A DNA stretch of 32,000 bases. Source: Prochlorococcus marinus str. NATL2A. Its GTDB lineage: Bacteria; Cyanobacteriota; Cyanobacteriia; PCC-6307; Cyanobiaceae. The stretch spans positions 960,001-992,000 of the forward strand of contig NC_007335.2 in NCBI RefSeq assembly GCF_000012465.1, given 5' to 3'. The position numbers and the translations under genes were made by a program. Every line of letters begins with the position of its first letter. The first letter of the stretch is position 1. Of this stretch, positions 16,744 to 25,013 are shown piece by piece. The notes under the pieces are model-generated. The model was not told the DNA's origin. It was given only the letters and a program-made list of their open reading frames with translations, and did not search any database.

Positions 16744-16773
16744 CTTAACTTAAGCTTAAAAAAAGCTCTTTAA
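16744..16773 (+). promoter_or_regulatory. Pho-box-like phased 8-mers (doubtful)
   Basis: CTTAACTT-aag-CTTAAAAA-aag-CTCTTTAA, but it ends 1 nt before the ATG at 16775. It is therefore too close to act as a promoter for that ORF as annotated. Confidence 0.25.
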
Positions 16774-16774
16774 A

Positions 16775-16972
16775 ATGAAAAAAAAAGTATCAATGAATAA
16801 TTGGAAGGAAATAGTTGGATCACCCATCTGGTGGGTTCCAGTTTCACTACTAGTTTTATTTATTTCGATTGAGGGCTTACATCTCGCAGAGCATGGTAAA
16901 AACTGCAAAACAAAAGCAGCTTGGATGAATGAAGCTGGTCTTGAATATGATCGAGAGTCAGAGGTTAGATGA
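16775..16972 (+). CDS. hypothetical small membrane protein
   Basis: 65-aa ORF with TM helix IWWVPVSLLVLFISI. Start uncertain. Confidence 0.4.
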   Translation: MKKKVSMNNWKEIVGSPIWWVPVSLLVLFISIEGLHLAEHGKNCKTKAAWMNEAGLEYDRESEVR

Positions 16973-17017
16973 TTATTTCATTTAACAGTTATTTGAACGA
17001 ATTTTTAAAATCTTTTT

Positions 17018-17047
17018 CTTAAATTAAACTTAAAAACAATTTGATAA
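17018..17047 (+). promoter_or_regulatory. Pho-box-like phased 8-mers upstream of the lipoprotein gene
   Basis: CTTAAATT-aaa-CTTAAAAA-caa-TTTGATAA, 25 nt before the ATG at 17073. The background is AT-rich, so chance occurrence is plausible. Confidence 0.3.
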
Positions 17048-17072
17048 TCTTACTTTAGATATAAGAAAAAAA

Positions 17073-17438
17073 ATGAAACGATTGCTTCTACTTTCTCCGT
17101 TATTTCTTTTCTTATTAACGGGTTGTCCAGAAAAAGATGAAATTAAAAATATGAATCAAACAGAGCTAGAGAAATTGGATCAATGTATTAATGATAAAAA
17201 AGCTAAAGGTTTGTCTATTTTAGAATGTGGAAATGATTTAAAAAAATCCACTGATTCCACATCAACTCCATCAACTAAAACTGAAGTTAAAGAAAAGAAA
17301 GCAAGTTCTACAAAGTCAAAAACAAAACTCAAAACAAAGGTGCCCACTCAATCAAAGACAGAATTAGATAAAATTGATGAATGTATCAATAGGATGAAAG
17401 CGAAAAAATTACCCTATTTTAAATGTCTACAAAAATAA
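17073..17438 (+). CDS. lipoprotein with internal two-fold repeat
   Basis: Lipobox LLLTGC after the signal peptide. Two related modules, TELEKLDQCINDKKAKGLSILEC and TELDKIDECINRMKAKKLPYFKC, are separated by a Ser/Thr/Lys-rich linker. Confidence 0.65.
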   Translation: MKRLLLLSPLFLFLLTGCPEKDEIKNMNQTELEKLDQCINDKKAKGLSILECGNDLKKSTDSTSTPSTKTEVKEKKASSTKSKTKLKTKVPTQSKTELDKIDECINRMKAKKLPYFKCLQK

Positions 17439-18665
17439 GATTTGGATTGCCATCCCTACAGCAATAGATATGGCAACTAATTTATAAGGCTTTATGGATT
17501 GTTTAAAACTAATGATTAGACTTATAAAAAACAATAGACTATAAATACAAGTTTGAAAGATATCTTTGCCAACGATAACCTTACCCGTCATAGGTATAAC
17601 TACAGCAAGAATTGCACCAGGTATGCCTGATAACACTCCATTAATATAGTTATCTATCATTACTTTATTTTTGATTCTTTTTATTAAAGGTTCTCCTAAA
17701 AGAATAAATATAAAACTTGGTAAAAATATCGCGAATGTTGAGATGAGGGAGAAAAATGTTCCTAAAAGAATAGTTCCTCCTTTTGCTCCAACTTGAAAGC
17801 CTATAAATGCACTTGAAAGAACCACTGGCCCTGGAGAGAGTTGACCGATAGCTATAGCATCAATAAAACTACGACTATCTAACCAACCCATCTCAATTAC
17901 TTGGGTTTGAAGGAGTGGAACAATTACTAACCCTCCACCAAAAACCAGTAAACCTGCTTTAAAGAATACATAAAATAACTTCAAAGAGTTCGATAATAAA
18001 TTGCCTATATCCTCTCGAAATATTGGAGCCGTTAAAAAACTTGGAAAACAAAATGAATTTAGATCGACATAAGAATGCTCTAAGCCAGAAGGAACAAAGA
18101 AAAAGCTCAGGAATCCCTTAGAATTACTTTGATAGATTCCGAAAATTCCAGCCAACAATAAAAGCAATGTGATTGGAAGATGAAGTGAAGTTGATCGATC
18201 AATAATTGACCCAATAAATACAAAACTAGCCGTTGTCCATTGCCATACTTGACTACGATTTTTTAATAGGTTTAAAGCAAACCCCCAAATTATTGAAATT
18301 ACGATTATTTGAGGAATAGACAAAAAAACTGAAAAATCATCAATTGATTGTCCTTGTCTCCAAAGTTGACTCAAAAGTAAAATGATGAAAAATCCAGGCA
18401 ATAAAAAACATATCCCACTTATTAATCCTCCATAAAAACCCTTTATCTTTGTCCCTAAAAAGATGGCTAATTGACTTGATGTCGGCCCAGGTAGTATTTC
18501 GCAAATACCCAATCCTTCGTCAAACTCTTGCTCGGAAACCCAATTCCTTTGAATGATGATCTCGTCTTTAAACATTGCAATATGCGCATATGGGCCGCCA
18601 AAACTAAAGACTCCTATTTTCAGAAAAGTTGAACTTAGTTCAGAAAATGTTGGGCTCACTATCAC
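17427..18665 (-). CDS. chrA: chromate-transporter (CHR) family membrane protein
   Basis: 412 aa and highly hydrophobic. Two CHR-like halves, each with FGG and PGP motifs (FSFGGPYAHIAM...LPGPTSSQ; VFGGGLVIVP...LSPGPVV). Confidence 0.85.
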   Translation of the reverse strand: MIVSPTFSELSSTFLKIGVFSFGGPYAHIAMFKDEIIIQRNWVSEQEFDEGLGICEILPGPTSSQLAIFLGTKIKGFYGGLISGICFLLPGFFIILLLSQLWRQGQSIDDFSVFLSIPQIIVISIIWGFALNLLKNRSQVWQWTTASFVFIGSIIDRSTSLHLPITLLLLLAGIFGIYQSNSKGFLSFFFVPSGLEHSYVDLNSFCFPSFLTAPIFREDIGNLLSNSLKLFYVFFKAGLLVFGGGLVIVPLLQTQVIEMGWLDSRSFIDAIAIGQLSPGPVVLSSAFIGFQVGAKGGTILLGTFFSLISTFAIFLPSFIFILLGEPLIKRIKNKVMIDNYINGVLSGIPGAILAVVIPMTGKVIVGKDIFQTCIYSLLFFISLIISFKQSIKPYKLVAISIAVGMAIQILFL

Positions 18666-18716
18666 TAAAAAAATATCCTATTGAAAAAGATAAGGTAATC
18701 TTTTGGTATAAGAATA

Positions 18717-20003
18717 TTAGGCTTTTTCAAAAGCTATAGCACTTGAAACTGGTGGTAGTCGTAAACTAGTCAACAATGAGATAAATACAAATAGGCTTGA
18801 ACACCATAAACATAGTTGCATTCCTATAGAGGCATTAGCTCCAAGCATGAATAAAACTCCTGATAGGAGAGTACCAATCAGTCTTCCTGCCGCATTTGCC
18901 ATATAATAAAAGCCTACGTTTAGACTTACGTTTTCCTTATCCGTATAAGCAAGAACCATATATGAATGTATCGATGAGTTCATTGCAAAAATGAATCCAA
19001 ATAGTATCAATCCAGCTGTAATTGCTATTTCTGGATTGCTTTGTCGCCATAGTGCTATTGCTATTAGCGCAGGTATCGCAGTTAAGACAGCACTCCAAAA
19101 TTGAACAGAAGAAACTCCTGGACTTGTTTTATTTCCCCATAAATTTCTTAAAGACGGCGCAAACGCTTGAATAAAACCATAACCAATAACCCACAATCCT
19201 AGAAAAGCTCCAATCTCAGAAAAATTCCAATTTAAATACGTTTCAAGAAAAACAGGAAGTGCTACGACGAACCATACATCTCTTGCTCCAAAGAGAAAAA
19301 AACGTGCAAAAGAAAGGACGTTGATCCCTTGAGATTTAGAGAATAAGTCTTTAAAGATGGGTTTGCTTTTCATCTTTCCAATATCTCCAGGCAAAATCAA
19401 TGTCAATAAAAACGAAACACCTAATCCGATTGCCATTAATTCAACTGCTTTATTAAATCCAAAACTTGTAAGCAAAAGTCCACCAAGAAAGAAGCCAACT
19501 CCTTTTAGTGCATTTTTTGAACCAGTTAAGATAGCTACCCATTTAAATAATTGATTATTTCCACCATCTTCTTCTGAGGAGTCTGGAACGACAGTTTTGA
19601 TGGCACTTTTAGCACTCATCTTATTGAGATCTTTTGCTATACCACTAATCGCTTGAGCAACCATGACATAAATAACACTCAAAAGTTTCGACCAACCACT
19701 GGAAACGGGTATCAACATCAATAAGGCACCGATTTGCAAAAGAGTCCCGACCCATAGTGTTAGACGTAATCCATACCTTGCTCCTATCCATCCACCATAG
19801 AGATTAGTAATAACGCCAAAGAACTCATAAAAAAGGAATAAGAATGCGATTTCTAATGTTGTATATCCAAGGCTATGAAAGTGAAAAATCACTAGCATTC
19901 TCAGAGCACCATCTGTCAGTGTGAATGCCCAATAGTTGGTCGTTACGATTCCATATTGTTGCAAAGCCGATAATCGCATGTTCTTATTTTTAATCCTTTT
20001 CAA
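18717..20003 (-). CDS. arsJ: MFS permease, ArsJ-like (organoarsenical efflux partner of GAPDH)
   Basis: About 12-TM MFS protein. The N-terminal [25 protein letters not shown] resembles ArsJ. Lies immediately downstream of gap: a 14-nt overlap with the ATG at 20003, or a 10-nt gap if the ATG at 19979 is used. Confidence 0.7.
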   Translation of the reverse strand: MKRIKNKNMRLSALQQYGIVTTNYWAFTLTDGALRMLVIFHFHSLGYTTLEIAFLFLFYEFFGVITNLYGGWIGARYGLRLTLWVGTLLQIGALLMLIPVSSGWSKLLSVIYVMVAQAISGIAKDLNKMSAKSAIKTVVPDSSEEDGGNNQLFKWVAILTGSKNALKGVGFFLGGLLLTSFGFNKAVELMAIGLGVSFLLTLILPGDIGKMKSKPIFKDLFSKSQGINVLSFARFFLFGARDVWFVVALPVFLETYLNWNFSEIGAFLGLWVIGYGFIQAFAPSLRNLWGNKTSPGVSSVQFWSAVLTAIPALIAIALWRQSNPEIAITAGLILFGFIFAMNSSIHSYMVLAYTDKENVSLNVGFYYMANAAGRLIGTLLSGVLFMLGANASIGMQLCLWCSSLFVFISLLTSLRLPPVSSAIAFEKA

Positions 20004-21015
20004 GATTTATGACATGGCAAACGAGATCTGCCATTCGACAGCTATAACCCCATTCATTGTCATACCAAATATAGACTTTCAATTGAGTTTTATTGATCAC
20101 CATGGTTGATGGCGCATCTATGATTGAGCTCCTTGAGTCATTGACATAATCAATTGAGACAAGTGGTTTTTCTTCGTAACCAAGTATTCCTTTTAGCTCT
20201 CCTTCTGAAGCTTCTTTGAACACATGATTAACTTCTTCTTGCGTGACCTCTTTCTCTAATTCAAATACAGCATCAGTTAAAGATCCATTGAGGAGAGGAA
20301 CTCGAACTGCATGGCCATTTAATTTTCCTTGTAATTCTGGGAATATCATCCCTATCGCTTTTGCTGATCCTGTTGTTGTTGGAATTAAGCTTTGTGATCC
20401 GCTCCTTGCTCTTCTTAAATCTGATTTAAAAGAATCAACGATTACCTGTGTATTTGTTAAATCATGAAGTGTTGTGATGCTTCCATGCTTTATACCAAAA
20501 GCTTGATTAACAACTTTCACAACGGGAGCTAAGCAATTAGTTGTGCAGGATGCAGCTGTTACTAAGCGATGTTTATTGGGCTCATATAAATCATGATTAA
20601 TACCGTAGACGATATTTAGAGTATCCTCTCCCTGGATGGATCCTTTTACTGGACATGCAACGACAACTCTTTTCATCCCAAGAGTATCAAAATAAGGATT
20701 TAATGTTTGAGGAGTTTTGAATTTTCCTGAGCATTCGAGAATTAGCTCTGTGCCTTTTTCATTCCATGGCACTTTTGTGTAATCACTTTCTTGAGAAAAA
20801 GATATTGGCTGACCTTCAATACTCAGGTTGTTTTGGTCGTTGCTTATTGCTTTGTTCCAACGACCATGAACTGAGTCATATTCAAGTAAATGCGCAGCTC
20901 CCTTTGCATCACCAAATGGATCGTTGATATGCGAAATCTCGATATTTTCCCTATCCCAGAGTGCTCTAAGAACAAGTCGTCCTATACGACCAAAACCATT
21001 AATACCAATGCGCAT
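19990..21015 (-). CDS. gap: glyceraldehyde-3-phosphate dehydrogenase (ars-cluster paralog)
   Basis: Start placed at [13 protein letters not shown] (NAD-binding motif). Catalytic SCTTNCLAP is present. The 20-codon track extension would cover the promoter palindrome. Confidence 0.9.
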   Translation of the reverse strand: MRIGINGFGRIGRLVLRALWDRENIEISHINDPFGDAKGAAHLLEYDSVHGRWNKAISNDQNNLSIEGQPISFSQESDYTKVPWNEKGTELILECSGKFKTPQTLNPYFDTLGMKRVVVACPVKGSIQGEDTLNIVYGINHDLYEPNKHRLVTAASCTTNCLAPVVKVVNQAFGIKHGSITTLHDLTNTQVIVDSFKSDLRRARSGSQSLIPTTTGSAKAIGMIFPELQGKLNGHAVRVPLLNGSLTDAVFELEKEVTQEEVNHVFKEASEGELKGILGYEEKPLVSIDYVNDSRSSIIDAPSTMVINKTQLKVYIWYDNEWGYSCRMADLVCHVINLEKD

Positions 21016-21048
21016 AAAACTCCGCAACAGGGCACATACATAGCATAT

Positions 21049-21082
21049 ATCAAGAATGGTTGATGCATCAATCATTCTTGAT
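21049..21082. promoter_or_regulatory. 34-bp near-perfect palindrome, candidate ArsR operator in the gap/arsR divergent promoter
   Basis: ATCAAGAATGGTTGATGCATCAATCATTCTTGAT matches its own reverse complement at 32 of 34 positions. The inner 12-mer TTGATGCATCAA is a perfect palindrome. Lies 34 nt from the gap ATG and 45 nt from the arsR start. Confidence 0.5.
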
Positions 21083-21126
21083 TGGCTTTGGAAATTATTG
21101 TATTATGAGAAAATATTTTTACTCTT

Positions 21127-21456
21127 TTGTCTGTGAGTTCAGCGGTTGACAGCGAAATTGTTTCAGACAAGACAAAGAAACTGCTAAAAGCTCTTTCAGA
21201 GCCACTTAGACTTCAAATCATTGAGGCTTTATCTTCAGGCGAAAAATGTGTATGTGATCTTATTGAAGAGATGGGACTTGCTCAGTCAAAAATATCGTTT
21301 CATTTAAAAGTCTTGAAAGATGCTGAATTGATAATTGATAGGCATAGCGGAAGATGGGTTTATTATCACTTAAATATCGAAGCTCTAAACTCTTTGCAAA
21401 ATTGGATTGTTCTTCTCAAGGAGAACTCTCAACGGTCTACAAAAGATTGTTGCTAG
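21127..21456 (+). CDS. arsR: ArsR/SmtB-family metalloregulator
   Basis: TTG start (or GTG at 21133). wHTH with LRLQIIEALSSGEKCVCDLIEEMGLAQSKISFHLKVLK, including the CVC metalloid-binding motif. Confidence 0.85.
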   Translation: MSVSSAVDSEIVSDKTKKLLKALSEPLRLQIIEALSSGEKCVCDLIEEMGLAQSKISFHLKVLKDAELIIDRHSGRWVYYHLNIEALNSLQNWIVLLKENSQRSTKDCC

Positions 21457-21608
21457 GATTTCTATTATTAATTTTATTTTTTAAATATAGAAACTATATT
21501 TAACATTGAACTTAATGCAAAAATATCTAAATTAATTTCAAATAGTTATTATCATAAACAAACTTCATATGCTGTTGTTTACAGTAGTATTAACTTTAGA
21601 ATTTGTGA

Positions 21609-22637
21609 ATGTCTTTAATAGATCGATACCTAAGTTATTTTATCGCTGTTTCTATGATTCTAGGGGTCTCTATTGGATCTATCTTTCCTAATTTTTCTAA
21701 TTATATTTCCTCTTTAGAACTAACAGGTATCAATCTACCTATAGCTTTTTTGATATGGGGAATGATAATTCCGATGATGTTATCAATAAATTTTAATTCT
21801 ATTATCAAAATCAAGGATAGGCCACAGGCGATTTTGATTACGATAATAGTGAATTGGTTAATCAAACCAATACTTATGACAGGTATAGCTATATTATTTA
21901 TAAATAATATATTTTCCTCTTGGATTGATGCTGCTAAAGCTTCAGAATATATTTCTGGGATGATTCTATTAGGAGTTGCTCCTTGCACTGCAATGGTTTT
22001 TGTCTGGAGTAATCTTGTTAAAGGGAACTCTAACTATACTTTGGTCCAGGTTATTATTAATGATCTTATTTTATTATTTGCTTTTGCACCTATTGCTTCT
22101 TTCTTGCTTGGTGTTAATCAAATCAAAATACCCTTATGGACTATATTTAACTCTGTTTTAATTTATGTATTTATACCGCTTTTATTCTGCTTATTGATCA
22201 AAAAAATTGTTAATGATGCAGCAAAAATTTATACGATAAATAATTTTTTGAAGCCAATTTCTGGGATTTGCTTGGTTTTAACTGTTTTATTTTTATTTTT
22301 AGTACAAGCTAGTGAGGTTATCAATAACCCATTCCAAATCTTATTAATAGCTATCCCTTTAATCATTCAGACCTTTTTGATCTTTTTTATTACAGCAATT
22401 CTTTTGAGAATATTTAATCAAGAAAAATCAATAGCAGGTCCAGCTTCAATGATTGGGGCTTCCAATTTCTTTGAATTAGCTGTTGCTATCGCAATAAGCC
22501 TTTTTGGTGTTAATTCAGGTGCCGCAACTGCGACGGTTGTAGGTGTTTTAGTTGAAGTGCCGGTAATGCTATCTTTGGTTGGCATTGTTAACAATAATGA
22601 TTATTTATTTCCTACTCGAGCTAAAAGCTTTCGCTGA
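21609..22637 (+). CDS. acr3: ACR3-family arsenite efflux permease
   Basis: 342 aa, about 10 TM helices. The signature LLGVAPCTAMVFVWS and the C-terminal GVLVEVPVML are typical of ACR3. Confidence 0.9.
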   Translation: MSLIDRYLSYFIAVSMILGVSIGSIFPNFSNYISSLELTGINLPIAFLIWGMIIPMMLSINFNSIIKIKDRPQAILITIIVNWLIKPILMTGIAILFINNIFSSWIDAAKASEYISGMILLGVAPCTAMVFVWSNLVKGNSNYTLVQVIINDLILLFAFAPIASFLLGVNQIKIPLWTIFNSVLIYVFIPLLFCLLIKKIVNDAAKIYTINNFLKPISGICLVLTVLFLFLVQASEVINNPFQILLIAIPLIIQTFLIFFITAILLRIFNQEKSIAGPASMIGASNFFELAVAIAISLFGVNSGAATATVVGVLVEVPVMLSLVGIVNNNDYLFPTRAKSFR

Positions 22638-22679
22638 TTTAGCTTTTCTGATTTGCTCAAATAAATCAAATAAAACATC

Positions 22680-23118
22680 ATGATTATTCGAATTGTGAGA
22701 TGCTCTAGTGAAATACATAAAAAACACTGTCCTCAGATTCACTGCAACTAGAAGCACTTATTCAAGGTTTTACTGATAGAGGGCTCAAAACAAGACATAT
22801 TTACCAGCTAACACTACAAATGATTTCTTGGCTATCAGGCCAAGTGGTAATCCCATAACCGCAGAGGGTCTTGCAGGAATGTATGACAGTGCCGATTTGG
22901 TTATTGAGCTCTCCGAATAAGTAAAGATTCATCGATTAGAAGCTAATTCTGATTGGGGCTTTGCTGCATTCACCTTGAAAGAAGAATTTAACTACAAAGG
23001 TGAGCGAAATAATGATTTATCTAGTTATTCATTGATTTTTAAGAAAATAGATGGCACTTGGAAAATTTCCTGGATGCAAAGATCACAAGGAACTACAGAC
23101 CTCTCGACTTGGAGTTAA
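22680..23118 (+). pseudogene. decayed SnoaL/DUF4440-like (NTF2-fold) gene
   Basis: Homology-like segments lie in three frames: ATG at 22680; ...LEALIQGFTDRG... from about 22721; ...NDFLAIRPSGNPITAEGLAGMYDSADLVIELSE then an in-frame TAA at 22918-22920; then VKIHRLEANSDWGFAAFTLKEEFNYKGERNNDLSSYSLIFKKIDGTWKISWMQ to the stop at 23118. Confidence 0.45.
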
Positions 23119-23235
23119 CCTATTTCCCAACGCCTGAAAGCGTTAATGTAATTTTTCTCAATTAGGTTAAGAATCAGGTTTAGATTGTTAACCAATTCTT
23201 GAAGACAACAAAGGAAAGATCGTTGTATAAATCAA

Positions 23236-23316
23236 ATACAGAACGGAAGTACTCCTCGCACATCGTTCTGTATCAAAAGAGCATCCACTCAGTAAGCTGG
23301 GCAGGGTGCTTTTTTA
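23236..23316 (+). ncRNA. candidate sRNA with Yfr1-like ACUCCUCGCAC loop
   Basis: TATAAA -10-like box at 23226. An 8-bp stem ACAGAACG/CGTTCTGT (23238-23271) encloses GAAGUACUCCUCGCACAU. It is followed by a terminator hairpin (AGCAUCC A CUCAG uaag CUGGG CA GGGUGCU) plus T5. Confidence 0.45.
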
Positions 23317-23404
23317 ATGTCTTATTTAAAAGTATGCACATGTGACAGTTAAGAGACTCATCTACTGATACTTGAGACATCTAGATTTTTCAAATAGTTT
23401 TAAT

Positions 23405-23499
23405 TTGTGAGGAGTAGAGATCCTCCGCAGTGGAAACAAGGAAACACTTGCGCCTGATCTCACGAATAAACCGCCTTGTTCAGAACGGGCGGTTTTTTT
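23405..23499 (+). ncRNA. yfr2: Yfr2-family (Yfr2-5 / Cyano-1-like) sRNA
   Basis: 5' UGUGAGGAGUAGAGAUCCUCC, tandem GGAAACA-AGGAAACA motifs (23432-23446), and a terminator ACCGCC-ttgttcagaacg-GGCGGT plus T7. Identified from my recollection of the Yfr2 family motifs. Confidence 0.7.
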
Positions 23500-23598
23500 G
23501 TTTTTAATTAGAAAAACTAATGATGTTTCTATAGGCACGTTTGATTCATTCAATATAGTTTTATCTTTTCAATGAGATAGGTATCATGCATAAGTTCT

Positions 23599-23874
23599 AT
23601 GAAAGAACCAAAAAGAGAAGCATTGCCAATAGTTACAGGTTGGTTAGTTGCTCCAACAAGAGATTTCTGTTTGTTCTTTATTCGTGATCCCAAATCATCC
23701 GTAGGTTATCCAAGTGTGCTGAGTCAACTTTGGTATTGCACTATCGAAGGAAGTCCAACAAAGTTAAAAAATACAAGACGAATAGATTTGAATAGTGCAG
23801 AAGAAACTTGGAGAGAGCTAATTAGCAATGGTTGGGAATTAGTTGAAGATCAAATTAATGATGATGCTGCCTAA
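23599..23874 (+). CDS. conserved-looking hypothetical protein (91 aa)
   Basis: Track ORF. Trp-containing pattern GWLVAP...LWYC...ETWRELISNGWELVE resembles small picocyanobacterial DUFs. The family is not firmly recognised. Confidence 0.5.
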   Translation: MKEPKREALPIVTGWLVAPTRDFCLFFIRDPKSSVGYPSVLSQLWYCTIEGSPTKLKNTRRIDLNSAEETWRELISNGWELVEDQINDDAA

Positions 23875-24241
23875 ATATGATTGGCGACTCTTAATACAAA
23901 CGCCTAACATATTGCGACCTAATATCTAATTATTAGCTAGTAAAAACAAGCAAAGAGAGCCGGACTTCCCGTAGTAACGACTCTTCCTTGCTTGGCTTGG
24001 TGACCACTGCTTAGATTGGTACCTTGCATTTTGATTATGGGTAAGGAAGATTAATTAATGGATAATCAATACTTAATTCATAGTTAAGCTAGCGTAATAC
24101 TGGGTTTGTACGGATAATAGAAAGTGGTTTTATTGAGAATCTTTTAATGGCAATAAAGAGCAGTTTGATTTTGTTTGACGCAATTTAAAAAAAATTTAAT
24201 TAGAGTATTAATATATTAGAAGGTAAAAATTCTTTATCTGC

Positions 24242-24763
24242 ATGGAATCTAAGAAATTATTTTCTAGGAAGAATTTACTCAATTCTCTTGCTTTCTCTGG
24301 TGTTCTTTTCGTAAATACATTGAACCCTCAAGGGATTAGTGCTGAAAGTCAAAAAAGCATAGATATTCCTAAAGTTGTTTCTTACAGATCAGCATCATGC
24401 GGTTGTTGCAAGAAATGGGTTAACCATCTACGCGATAATGGATTAGAAGTTGTTGATAACGTTATTGAAGATGTCTCAGCAATAAAGAAACAATATAAAA
24501 TTCCCAATAATTTAAGATCATGCCACTCTGCTCAAATAGGTGAGTACACGATTGAAGGACATGTGCCGATTGAATCAATCAAAAAACTTTTCAAAGAGAA
24601 ACCAAGTATCTCTGGGATAGCTGTTCCTGGTATGCCTCATGGTTCTCCTGGAATGGAATTACATTCACACGAATCACATTCTCACGATAATTATGAAAGT
24701 TATAAAGTAGTTTCATTTAGTAATAGTGGTAAAACAAAAATATTCGACAAAATTTCTCCCTAA
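24242..24763 (+). CDS. DUF411 (CopG-like) periplasmic metal-binding protein
   Basis: Signal peptide followed by SCGCCKKW...SCHSAQIGEYTIEGHVP...GIAVPGMPHGSPGME, the DUF411 signature. The C-terminus is His-rich (HSHESHSHD). Confidence 0.8.
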   Translation: MESKKLFSRKNLLNSLAFSGVLFVNTLNPQGISAESQKSIDIPKVVSYRSASCGCCKKWVNHLRDNGLEVVDNVIEDVSAIKKQYKIPNNLRSCHSAQIGEYTIEGHVPIESIKKLFKEKPSISGIAVPGMPHGSPGMELHSHESHSHDNYESYKVVSFSNSGKTKIFDKISP

Positions 24764-24777
24764 GACAAGTACTAATT

Positions 24778-25011
24778 ATGTTAATAATGAGTTTTGTTCT
24801 TAGGAAGTTAAAAATTCTCACTTTTTTCTTTTTCTTAACTCTTCCTTTCAATCTTTATTCTCAAGCTCATATGAAGGGTACATTTTATTCTGAGCAAGAA
24901 GCTGAAAAAGAATCATTTGAACTTGGTTGCATTGGAATACATAAAAATCAAGATAAATGGCTTCCATGTAAAAACGAAAAAGAGCTACATAAGAAACTTC
25001 GAGCGAATTAA
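24778..25011 (+). CDS. small secreted protein, DUF3721-like
   Basis: Signal peptide followed by FYSEQEAEKESFELGCIGIHKNQDKWLPCKNEKEL, which resembles the GC-x-G-x-H...W-x-PC motif of DUF3721. Lies 14 nt after the DUF411 gene. Confidence 0.5.
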   Translation: MLIMSFVLRKLKILTFFFFLTLPFNLYSQAHMKGTFYSEQEAEKESFELGCIGIHKNQDKWLPCKNEKELHKKLRAN

Positions 25012-25013
25012 TA

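Noticed and set aside
9078-22161. Internal or antisense track ORFs inside long genes: 9078-9290, 9679-9861, 11066-11278, 11665-11862, 12067-12261, 14047-14244, 19357-19554, 20243-20467, 21701-21988 and 21976-22161.
   Set aside because: Each is fully embedded in a confidently identified gene (ptrA, phoB, phoR, the secreted protein gene, the PhoA-like gene, arsJ, gap, acr3). These are typical shadow ORFs of AT-rich sequence.
23164-23200. Pho-box-like string that includes a perfect CTTAACCT in the minus orientation (AGGTTAAG at 23164-23171), with further TTAA/TAAA 8-mers.
   Set aside because: Core spacings are about 12 and 9 nt rather than 11. The orientation points into the 3' end of the pseudogene. 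It is likely chance in AT-rich DNA, although it lies upstream of the Yfr1-like sRNA candidate.
23362-23553. Track ORF (63 aa, minus strand).
   Set aside because: It lies antisense to the Yfr2-type sRNA and includes the terminator palindrome. The composition is Arg/Ser/Leu-rich and looks like a shadow.
23940-24010. A G+C-richer stretch with a CAAGCAA...TTGCTTG stem, considered as another sRNA candidate.
   Set aside because: Only 7 bp pair cleanly. There is no terminator or promoter-like element adjacent. The evidence is insufficient.
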